A stretch of DNA of 64,000 bases from Setoptus koraiensis (taxonomy: Eukaryota > Animalia > Arthropoda): the NCBI GenBank assembly GCA_048013815.1, contig CM106586.1:15252001-15316000 (forward strand), given 5' to 3'. Below are positions 50,654 through 60,963 of this stretch, in pieces (position 1 is the first letter of the stretch; each line of letters starts with the position of its first letter). The notes beneath the pieces were generated by a model. It was not told the DNA's origin. It worked only from the letters and a program-made list of their open reading frames with translations, and did not search any database. Made by a program: the position numbers and the translations under genes.

Positions 50654-52140
50654 ATGTTGAAATGGATGAAAGACCAATCGAAAAGACGAAGAAGTCTATT
50701 AGCTCAGCAGGTAAGCAGTACAAATCATATCATCTCACTTAATCAATTTTTCCATTATAATTATCTAAATGCTAATTTACAATATGCGACTATTTCTATC
50801 ATTCATGACACTAGTTTGGAGCAAGCGATACCAACGAGCTTAGCAGTTTTCTTGGAACTGAGGAGGAGAAATGTAAGATGCATCGATCTAGTCGCTTGTC
50901 ATTCGGTAATCACACTCATCCTTCACCACCGAGCATAAGTAATGCGAACAACAATCACCTAACAAGGCGCCGATCTAACGCCACTGATGATGACACAAGA
51001 CCCGATGGTGTTGATGACGACGAGGAAACATATAAATACACTGGCTCGAGTACCTTTCTCAAGGTATGCACCCTATTTTTATTTGACACATCACCATGAA
51101 CATCAACTATCTTTTTTTCCTTGTGATATTCTTATATTGACAATTTTCTTTCTCGAACTCATCTCCATCACCATGCCTATACTTATTTCTAGGGGACGCA
51201 AAGTGCTAATCCTCATAATGACTACTGTCAACATTATGTTGATACTGGACAAAGACCCCAGAATTTCATCAGAGATTATGGATTGCATGATAGATTCGAA
51301 GAATACCCAAAACTGAAAGAACTCATCAAACTCAAAGACGAGCTTATATCAATCACTGCAACCCCGCCCATGTATCTTAGATGCGATCTGAGACAGTTTG
51401 ATCTCTGTGAGTTAGACTGTAAATTTGATGTTATTTTAGTGGAACCCCCTCTAGAAGAGTATCAGCGGACACAAGGAGTAACAAATACGAACTTTTGGTA
51501 TTGGGCAGATATCATGAAATTGCAGATAGAAGAAGTCGCCGCACAAAGGTCTTTTATATTTTTGTGGTGTGGATCCTCAGACGGCTTAGATTTGGGCCGC
51601 CAATGTCTGCGTAAATGGGGCTTCAGGCGTTGTGAGGATATCTGCTGGATCAAAACGAACGCCAACAATATAGGACATAGTAAAAATTTAGAACCTAAAG
51701 CAATCTTTCAACGAACGAAAGAGCACTGTCTAATGGGTATCAAAGGTACTGTAAGAAGGAGCACTGATGGAGACTTCATACATGCAAATGTTGATATTGA
51801 TCTTATAATCAGCGAGGAACCAAAATATGGTACAGCAGAAAAACCCAAAGAGATCTTCCATATAATAGAACACTTTTGCTTAGGACGTAGGAGGTTGCAT
51901 ATATTTGGGCGAGATTCAATACTAAGACCTGGATGGCTGTCCATAGGGCCTGAACTTACAAATAGTAACTTCAAGGCGGATATTTATAAATCTTATTTCC
52001 GAAGAAACTCGACAGACTACCTGACAGGATGCACTGATAGAATTGAGTCATTGAGGCCAAAGTCACCACCACCAAAACCTCCAATGATTTTATCAAAAAG
52101 TGGTTTCTCTAGAAAAAGGAAGCTGATGGACAATCCCTAG
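50654..52140 (+). CDS. METTL14: m6A methyltransferase non-catalytic subunit METTL14 (3 exons: 50654-50710, 50815-51063, 51193-52140; 417 aa)
   Basis: RRRSLLAQQ|FGA, STFLK|[37 protein letters not shown], the EPPL pseudo-catalytic motif and LRPKSPPP are all present. Both introns are GT-AG, phase 0. Confidence 0.96.
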
Positions 52141-52913
52141 AGCTGGTCTCTACTAACAGTCGGCAGTATTCATTATGTGATATAAAAGTTGACCTATTTT
52201 ATTGGGTTGATTTAGAATCTCCAAATAGATGAAACAGAACAATTATAATATATATCTATATAATGTAGATGAGATATCAAAATGTATTTTCAGATTATAC
52301 TGATGTGATTTTTTTAGTATATATTAAAGTGCGAAGCTCTAACTGCTCATTTAGACAAAAAATATCATGCCTCTTCGATTAAATTTTTCCCTGCTAAAGT
52401 AGAACTAGTTTTCAGCTCAAGTTGAAGGGACAAGTGCCTTGCAGATATTGATTGATACTCAGAGTCGAATGTAATTCAGTTGAAGGAAAAGTAACGAACC
52501 TGAGATCATAGTTCATAATTTCAGTCTTACAGCTCTGTATGCGAACCGAAAATGAAGTAGTCGAGCTCACGATGAACCGATTTTATCTCTATTCATTTGC
52601 GAAGTGTCGTGCACCATAACGTTTCAGATGTAATGTGTATTTTTTTTTGCAAAATAACGATTAAAATTGAGCAGCAATGTCTCACAGATGCAATGACAGA
52701 CTGTCTGGAGTTACCATAATAACATCTATGAGGCAATTCAAATATAACTATTAATATGTAATATTTTCATTCGTTAAATAGATTGTAAGTATTTTCACTA
52801 TGTTAGTGGTCATGCTAATGTCACCAATAATAACTTATGCACTTTATGCAACCAGTCGCTTTCTCAATGACATTTATTAAGTCGATTAATATTTTACTTC
52901 CGTCCACTGACAC

Positions 52914-54479
52914 TCATGTCTCATCGGCATCTAAAAACGGCTGAGGGGCTCTCGTTAGATACCATTTGAGCCACAAGAAGAACTGATACATTCTCAACTT
53001 GAAGTCTATCCAGCGATGAGATGATCTGACTTTGAACCTGCACTTCCAATCTTTGCAGTTAGCCATGAGTCTTCTATGGACGTTTTCAGAACAATATCTT
53101 GTCATTATTATGAATGACATCTGTTGGCCTTTGGTCCCAAGTCGGGTTTCAATGCTCCTTAGTAGATCATTTGTTTTAAAAATGAGCAACAATTCTCTTG
53201 GAACACTTGATAATAATTGATTGATTTCATACATATATCTCGTGGCATAAGATTTTATTTCTTTTTCCTCTGATTGCATTGCTTTCCCGTCTATGTGCTC
53301 AGTTATACCGCGAACAACTGCCGACCAGGGTCTACCCGAAACAATACAGGCTAATATGCCATAGAGATCACCAACTCCTAATTCGCCGGCAAATTTTTTA
53401 ATATTATCCATGTCAGCCTGTATCAGGGCCAGCCAGAGACTGCTATAATTTTTCCTAAAGTTGTCACTCAAATGAGTGTACAGCCCGTGATCCAATAGAA
53501 TGATCTCGGCTCCTTTCTCTTCTGAATTTCTAACTAAGATATTTCCAGGGTGAGGGTCACAATGAACGTGTCCATGTTTAAATATCATGTCACAAAACAA
53601 AGTATCGAGACGTCTCGTTAGTTGATGCTTATCAATTCCTGAACTATCAATATATTTTGAGTCACTTATCATGCCACCAGTAACAAAATCCATAACTAAT
53701 ATTCTCGATGAAGTATGTTTCCAATGCACTTTTGGAATCACTAACCAACTGAAATTCTCTAATAGTTTACTAGTTTTGTCTGCATTCTCTCCTTCGTATG
53801 TGAAGTTAAGCTCAATTGGTAGATTCTTTTTAATTGTTTCGGCCAACCACAATAGTGAGAAGTTTGGAAATAGTTTAGCTATAACATTCACGGACAGGTC
53901 TATTGTAGCGAGATCGACGTAGCCATGTTTTTTGACACGTGGATGCTGCACTTTAACAGCCACCTCCTTGCCACTCTCTTTCAATTTAGCCCTGTGGACT
54001 TGGGCTATCGAGGCCACCCCAACTGGCTCTATATCGAACTCCTCAAACAGGTCTTCCAGTTCAGCTTTCAGGTCCTCCCGGATCACTTGCTTTATAGAAT
54101 CAATATCACTTCTTGGGGCTTGATTATGTAGGACAGATAATACATCGACATACTCTATAGGTACTAAATAAGGTAGTGCTGCTATATGTTGGCCGACTTT
54201 GATATAGATTCCACCATTGGCACGGCATAACTCCAGTAGGCTATTGGCAGATTTCCTATGGATCATTGACCATTGTTTCATTGATTTTTCCGAGAAATCA
54301 TCATACTCCTTGTTGTCAGTTAGTTTCTGATAATCATAAGCAATTTTGGACACTGTAAAAGCGGCACGTCCCAGCCTGGCAAAACCGATATCACGTAGAT
54401 TCCAATCATTATCCTTGAGGGCCAGGACACTTCCCACTCCAACGGCACCCAAAGTGCCGTATTTGATAAGTGATATCAT
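52914..54479 (-). CDS. ADCK1: AarF domain-containing protein kinase 1 (521 aa, intronless)
   Basis: ABC1/UbiB motifs GGIYIKVGQH, VASIAQVHRA, VAVKVQHP, HCDPHPGN and LLDHGLY. Confidence 0.93.
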   Translation of the reverse strand: MISLIKYGTLGAVGVGSVLALKDNDWNLRDIGFARLGRAAFTVSKIAYDYQKLTDNKEYDDFSEKSMKQWSMIHRKSANSLLELCRANGGIYIKVGQHIAALPYLVPIEYVDVLSVLHNQAPRSDIDSIKQVIREDLKAELEDLFEEFDIEPVGVASIAQVHRAKLKESGKEVAVKVQHPRVKKHGYVDLATIDLSVNVIAKLFPNFSLLWLAETIKKNLPIELNFTYEGENADKTSKLLENFSWLVIPKVHWKHTSSRILVMDFVTGGMISDSKYIDSSGIDKHQLTRRLDTLFCDMIFKHGHVHCDPHPGNILVRNSEEKGAEIILLDHGLYTHLSDNFRKNYSSLWLALIQADMDNIKKFAGELGVGDLYGILACIVSGRPWSAVVRGITEHIDGKAMQSEEKEIKSYATRYMYEINQLLSSVPRELLLIFKTNDLLRSIETRLGTKGQQMSFIIMTRYCSENVHRRLMANCKDWKCRFKVRSSHRWIDFKLRMYQFFLWLKWYLTRAPQPFLDADET

Positions 54480-55023
54480 AGGTATTAACGGTCAAGGAAT
54501 CCAGTTTAATCACTTTTGGTTAGAATCATGAAAGAATGGACATCAAGCAATTAGTTGGTACCAAAAATAGATTATGGTTCATCCAAATTCTGGATGATTA
54601 TTGAGATCAATGACGAAAAATAGTCACGTTGTTTCTACATTTTAAGCGCCAAATTTAGTTTTGTCGTGAAAGATTTTTCACGCGAAGATTTGCACACATA
54701 ATGAACAGCCTTTCTGACGCAATCTATCACCCATATGTTGTGTTCAACAAAGTTTAATGTGTTGATGCATTAGCACGTCCGTCGAAACAAGTCTATTTTG
54801 AATCTACTAGCAACTCAACTTGTAAACAATTCAGAAACCACTGTAGGAGTAACTAACAGAATGACCTACGTAGTATTAGATGAACAAAAGTATTGACTCA
54901 TGAATCGAGTCAAAATAACCGGACCTACAGACAAATAAAAATAGAAGAAGAATGGTCACATGGTAAACAGAATTATTATTATTACTCTCTACTATGCGTC
55001 GTTACTTAAAAATAACACATAAT

Positions 55024-56940
55024 TCAATCTTGGACGTCCCATATTTCTGCCAGGAAGTCAGGCAGACGTTTGTTTTTAACTTTCAGTGAGAAACACACGT
55101 TACTGTTGACTATGCCAAGTGCTCTCAATTCTGTCAATATGGATAACATCCGGGCAAAATAACATTGACCTGGTTCTCGATGAGATTCTACATAGGCTTG
55201 CATTAACGATAAGTAATAGTCTTGTATTGCCTCGACTTTCTTCGGGTCCCTTAAATTGGGCCGATCGCTAAAAATGGTGAGGGCTGTAAGAAGTGCATAC
55301 TCTGATTCATCCAATCTTAAAATATAGATACTTTTACAAAAGTTGAACATGGCATCGGCTATGTCACCAATGTAGGCGCTCCTATAATTGGCTCTTGTAA
55401 ATGGTTGGTTGTTTGCAAATAGTATACTATCAGTTTTGATATCATATTTTCTAGAGGATCGCAACATCATGACCTCACTAGCACATGCTTTTAATAACGT
55501 GATTTGATCTTCTCTGGTGAGCTGTTCGAATCCTTTAACACGTTTGGAAAATTCAACAATTAATTGTACAGTCAATATGGTCATTTCGGTAACCTGCCTG
55601 AATTGATTGATCTGTTCGTCTTCATTCTTATTATAGGGCTGTAGTTGCACAGATATAATGACGATACGATAATGATATATACACACATAGAAATATATGA
55701 GAGTGGAACGAAAGGTGTTGCGATTAATTTTGAGATACATTATGTGATATGCAAACAGCGTTGCTATCGCCTTATTATAGTGGGCGCCGACATATGTAAG
55801 CACATATGTATCATTATTATTATGAATACCTACCGCTATTTTGCTTAGATCCTCCGCAGATGGTGAATCAAACTCTGCTTGGTATCGCACTAGGTGCTCT
55901 ATCATGGCTATCTGGTCCGGAGATAGAAATTTGGGTGTATACCTATTGATTTCAGTGGGTGCCACAGAGGTGTACATGACTCCATTTGGGTCTTTGGTGA
56001 TACTTGAATTGGTTGTACTATCAGATTTAATAATATTGCCAGAATGAAAATTAGGATGATAATGTGGATTAATAGTAATAGTGGGCGTCGGTGAAACAAT
56101 CAATGGGGTGGTGGTAGTTTTGTCGTCGCATGATGACGATGATCTTGTAGATGTGGTTGAGTCTTGAGTTAGTTGGTGATTGTTGTGATGATAGTGTTGT
56201 TGCGTTGTTGTGTGTTGCATTGGTGTAATAATATTGTTGTTGTGTGTGTTATTGCCAATAATTGTAAGATCATGATTTGAACTTTGGTTTGCCGAGTGCA
56301 ATGTTGTTGTGGTGTTTGAGGGCACTGTGTAAGGTGAAGTATGAATTGTAACATTGTTATTGATAGCGTGCAGCTGCTGATGGGTAGCGTGGGGCGCCAG
56401 CGGGGGCGGCTGCGGCGACGGGTGATGCGGTATATGCTGCTGCTGGGGGTGTTGATGATGATTATTGATATTATTGTTTAGACCACTGTTGATATTATTG
56501 ATGATGGCGCTATTGTGAAGATGATGGTTGTTGGTGTTGGTGTTACCATTATTGTTGTTGTAGTTGGCGTTGTTGCTAGTGCTGTTGCTGTTGTTGTTGT
56601 GATTTGTTGTGGTTGGCGTGGTGGCCGTAGTTGAGTTTGGGGCCTGCTTTTGGGCCTGTTTCGATTGCCTCTTGATGGCGCACTGATACTCGGGCACAAC
56701 ACATTCGGGCCTCATTCCAACAGTGAGACACTTCTTGAGTCGACACTCTTGGCATTTCCTTCGCATGTACATGTCAATCTCACAATTGTTTCCATATTTG
56801 CACGTATATTGATTGTTTTTGGTGATGGATCGCCTGAAAAAGCCCTTGCATCCCTCGCAGGTGAGCGCGTTGTAATGGTAGCCGCTGGCCCTGTCGCCGC
56901 ATACAAGGCACAGCTCCTCTTGTTGCCGTACGTCGGCCAT
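55024..56940 (-). CDS. EcR: ecdysone receptor paralogue 1 (2 exons: 56940-55834, 55638-55024; 573 aa)
   Basis: [37 protein letters not shown]...MRPECVVPE and [17 protein letters not shown]...[17 protein letters not shown]...FLAEIWDV. A 195-nt gtaggt...acag intron lies in frame within the 638-aa ORF. Confidence 0.96.
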   Translation of the reverse strand: MADVRQQEELCLVCGDRASGYHYNALTCEGCKGFFRRSITKNNQYTCKYGNNCEIDMYMRRKCQECRLKKCLTVGMRPECVVPEYQCAIKRQSKQAQKQAPNSTTATTPTTTNHNNNSNSTSNNANYNNNNGNTNTNNHHLHNSAIINNINSGLNNNINNHHQHPQQQHIPHHPSPQPPPLAPHATHQQLHAINNNVTIHTSPYTVPSNTTTTLHSANQSSNHDLTIIGNNTHNNNIITPMQHTTTQQHYHHNNHQLTQDSTTSTRSSSSCDDKTTTTPLIVSPTPTITINPHYHPNFHSGNIIKSDSTTNSSITKDPNGVMYTSVAPTEINRYTPKFLSPDQIAMIEHLVRYQAEFDSPSAEDLSKIAVGIHNNNDTYVLTYVGAHYNKAIATLFAYHIMYLKINRNTFRSTLIYFYVCIYHYRIVIISVQLQPYNKNEDEQINQFRQVTEMTILTVQLIVEFSKRVKGFEQLTREDQITLLKACASEVMMLRSSRKYDIKTDSILFANNQPFTRANYRSAYIGDIADAMFNFCKSIYILRLDESEYALLTALTIFSDRPNLRDPKKVEAIQDYYLSLMQAYVESHREPGQCYFARMLSILTELRALGIVNSNVCFSLKVKNKRLPDFLAEIWDVQD

Positions 56941-57200
56941 CGCTGCTGCTGCTGCTCGACTGATTTGTGTGGTATAAATATTGTGATATTAATTGATTGA
57001 ATTAATTTAATAATAATATTATATAATGGCGATAATAATAATAGTGACGCTGATAATAATGATAATAATGGCCGATAGTGTGTGCAGCCAGTGGGATAAT
57101 CGCTCAATTGGTTGGCCTGCGAATGATGCAAAATCAATTGTTCACCATTGGACGCCCGTATTTGACTGACTGGCTGTGTGTGTGTGTGTGTGTATGCGCG

Positions 57201-57228
57201 CTGGGTTCACTGTGATGTCGTTGCTCGC
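57201..57228. promoter_or_regulatory. conserved non-coding element A upstream of EcR paralogue 1
   Basis: ctgggttcactgtgatgtcgttgctcgc is 27/28 identical to 63851..63878 upstream of paralogue 2. Confidence 0.65.
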
Positions 57229-57643
57229 TAGATAAATGGCCAGCTTGCCTGTGTTTGCCTATACAGGCTGTTCAAAATGCGACCAGCACTATGGTTGCCG
57301 TAGCGCAGTGTGCAGTGAACAAGTTATATGCGTCATAGTCAAGTTGCTGAAGCTGCGAGCGTTGTGTGTGTGTGTGTGTGTGTTCGATTTCAATGTCGAA
57401 AGAATGTCCACTGGTCCAGCAAGCCGTCGGCAGCAGCAGCAGCAGCGCACTCTGATGATCAGACTACGATCATCAGCGCTGCTGTTGCACTGCACCAACC
57501 AACACAAGCGCACCAATTTCGCTTGCTCTGTACACTAGCACTATAGTACAGTGACTGTGGTGCAGTCAGTGTACACTGCACACACTGTGCAGTGCAGGGC
57601 TACACACACACCATTGGAGCAGCGCACACACATACACTGTGTA

Positions 57644-57644
<1 letters not shown>

Positions 57645-57684
<40 letters not shown>
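57645..57684. repeat. (CA)n microsatellite
   Basis: Perfect CA run. Confidence 0.95.
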
Positions 57685-57688
<4 letters not shown>

Positions 57689-58605
57689 TGATGGCCGTTC
57701 AAGATTAAATGGCACCACTGTGTGTGTGTGTGTGTGTGCGCTTAGCTTAGCGATGGCGGGGCACAGCAGTGGGGGTGGCACCATGGAAACACACACACAC
57801 ACACACGTTCGGTCGCATCGAACCAAGTGAGTGCGGCCGACATTGTAACACAGTCGCACAGCAACGGCAACAATAGCACACAACAACAACAACAAACATG
57901 GCTAGCAGCGGCAGCAGTGCACTAGTGCAAATTCAATGTCGTTGCGATTCGTTTTTCATCGTTTGCCATCGCACGCTCTCTTATAAAACAAGATGATGAT
58001 GAGTACAGGTAGGGTGAAGCAAATCCCCAGCCTTTTCACTTGTCTATGCTACACTCTGTATTACATTATTATTATTATACACACGACAATGGCAGTTGCG
58101 TCAGTGTCGGCCAGACACGGTGAGCGACGCAGCCAGAGACGCGGCCAGAGAGAGAGAGAGAGAGAAATCACAACTCGTTGGCCAGAGGACAAAGCTCCAG
58201 CATCAACTGGCGGCTGGCTGCATGTTACACCCAGGCCAGTTTCTGGCGACTGGCGTCCGACAACTGCAAACAGTTTCCACTGCAAACAGTTTGCAGCAGC
58301 AACAACATGTTCCAGCGAGCGTAACTAGCAGCTGCTGCCAGATTCACTTGTGGCCCAGCGGTGGCACAAGCACAACAACGAATATCTTGTTGCTATCGCT
58401 ACAGCCACCTATCCACCACCACCGGTTTGTGTCTGTGTGTCGGTGTGTCGGTGTGCGCAACAACAACATTCTGTGCCTACGTGGCAATAGCAATTCTCTC
58501 TCGCTGAACCGCAACACACACACACACACACACAACACCAACAACCGACTGCTAACAACTGCTGCGCTAGTACGTTGGCTCTTTCCATCTGACAGACTCT
58601 GACAG

Positions 58606-58607
<2 letters not shown>

Positions 58608-58643
<36 letters not shown>
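58608..58643. repeat. (GT)n microsatellite
   Basis: Perfect GT run. Confidence 0.95.
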
Positions 58644-58644
<1 letters not shown>

Positions 58645-59062
58645 ACAGCAATACTAATATTAACCAATACAATAATGTATTGCTGCTGCACAGGAAGACA
58701 CTTCCAATCAATCGAGCGATCACAGATCGCACAAGCAAACACATGCAGCTAGTTATAACACCTGTTCGCCCTGTGGCAATCCATTTATCACTACATATGT
58801 TCAACAGCGCACACACACACACACACGTAATACATAATAAACTCTATATGTAATGCCAGTGGCAGCCAGTAGACGGTGAATGGTGGAAAGTTCTTAATGA
58901 ACGACCAGCCCAACAACCCAGTCACTGTGGCCGCCCCACAAACAACAACAAACGGCTACGAACAAGTGCCAGTGTCTGCGCAATTCTAGCTAGCCAAATA
59001 GCTAACCAATAGCACATTAATATAAACGTTTCTGCTCTTTTTTCTGATTACTGTGCACTGTG

Positions 59063-59098
59063 TAAGTTGAAACAAAGACCACGACGACTTTCAAGGTC
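59063..59098. promoter_or_regulatory. conserved non-coding element B upstream of EcR paralogue 1 (contains TCAAGGTC)
   Basis: 30/36 identical to 63920..63955 upstream of paralogue 2. Confidence 0.55.
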
Positions 59099-59705
59099 TC
59101 TTTTGCCACTCTTTCTTTCTCTCTCTCCCTCGCTCTTTCTCTCTAGTTCTCGCTCGCTCTCTCACTCTCACTCGCTCTCTCATTGTGTAATGTGTGCGCA
59201 TGTGGGCTAATACTCATACTAGAGTAGATAAGGCGAATAAATGAACACATAATGAAAGTAAATATTGCCTACCATGAACTAATGTTACATAGGCAGCCTT
59301 TAAATACTATAAATAGAAAGCAATGGCATTAAATGCAGTTGCTTGTGCCAAGCTCTCTCTCTCTCTCACACACACACACAGATAAGCTTGTTAGTTGTTA
59401 GAGCCGGTTGTCTAGTTTGAATTGTCAATAGTGCAAACTCTAACCACACAACATATAAACTAAAAGAGACAGCAGAGAGAGAGAGAGAAAGAGAGAAAAC
59501 GACTCAACTCGACGAACAACCCTAATGATTCAATGGCCTATACCATTGCGCCTGTAGTTACTGCAAAATAAAATCACTGCTTACTCTTTTAACACTTTCT
59601 TGATGCGAGCTAACTAGTATTGTCGTCACAACTAAACTTTTTATTAGTAGATATCCATTTGTATTCAGATAAATATTTTCATAATAGTCAACTATTATCT
59701 CACAA

Positions 59706-59710
59706 ACACA

Positions 59711-59770
<60 letters not shown>
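59706..59770. repeat. (CA)n microsatellite, ~32 units
   Basis: Long CA run with one interruption. Confidence 0.95.
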
Positions 59771-59772
<2 letters not shown>

Positions 59773-60963
59773 ACTCAACCAATCAACTTGATATTGACTT
59801 GCTCAAGTATACATTTATTGACCGACAACTTTCCACCCAGAGTAGCTGGCGTTAGTGATGGTTTTAGTTCTATCATTTGCTTGCACAAAGACCTTTCTCT
59901 CTCTCTCTCTCTCCCTCTCCCTATCTTCCTCCTGGGTGTCACTACAAAGTCTCGCTAATCGAATTAAAAAAACGCTAGTCTTTATTTCATCCAACGAACA
60001 ACAACGAAATTGATTAATTCTACTTATGATCGACATTAAATAACACCACAATCTCTTACTGAATACTCTTAATTAAAACCAAATCCATTTAGCTTCGGAA
60101 CAAACTTGATGTCGATATCCTTGCTGATGCCAAGTTGTTCATGTTTTTTATAGTCTTATTTTCTGCATTGGCTTGTCATGCTATCGCGCAAAATCTCCCA
60201 ATCTCATCCAATCTAATACCAGAAATCTTCCATTTCAATGAATGCTCACTGCTTCTTGATTTATGTTCGTAATAAAGGGTTTCTTCCCAAGAAAACTACT
60301 TCACTATCACTTATCCAAAGATTTTTAGTTTATCTGAGTTAGCAATTCTTCATACAATGTGATGTAATCATCTCGTGTGCTTGTTGATTGCTTTTGAGAC
60401 TTTGTAAGCACAAGAAGTCAAGTTATCAAGGTTCAACATTTAATTATTATTGCTACCACATTGTCGAATATGCAATAATGCTGCTGATTCCACTGACTTG
60501 TGAGATCAGACGTCTGGCGACCATTGATAGGACGCCAAGATATGTTTATATTTGAGCGCTGAATAAACAGATTTCACTATTCGGTTTATATAGGTCATGG
60601 TGAAAGCTTAGAAAATGAAATTGTTGTTGTTGCTTTTTTTTAAGAAGAACCATCTTTCATTTTTTTTTCAAATGAATACGATGCGAATAAAAGATTTGAA
60701 CAAGTAATTGTTGTTAATAATTATTGTTTGTGTTTATATTATGTGTGTGATGATAGCCGGTAACTGGCATTTCATAGTAACTTGTGTGGAGATCTTTCGC
60801 ACTATTAAAACAATTTAGTGTGAGGCATGGAGGGTGGCGGATATCAGGGGGCCAATAATTGATGAATGACTTGTTTTGTTTTATCACCTTTATACTATGT
60901 ATTTGATTGTTGAAACTCTCTACTAAGGGTCTTTACATTAATTAAAAAAATATATCACATATT

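Noticed and set aside
60538-60580. miR-190-like start AGATATGTTT(-)ATATT with a small hairpin
   Set aside because: The stem is only ~12 bp, the 3' half does not match, and miR-190 is normally intronic in talin.
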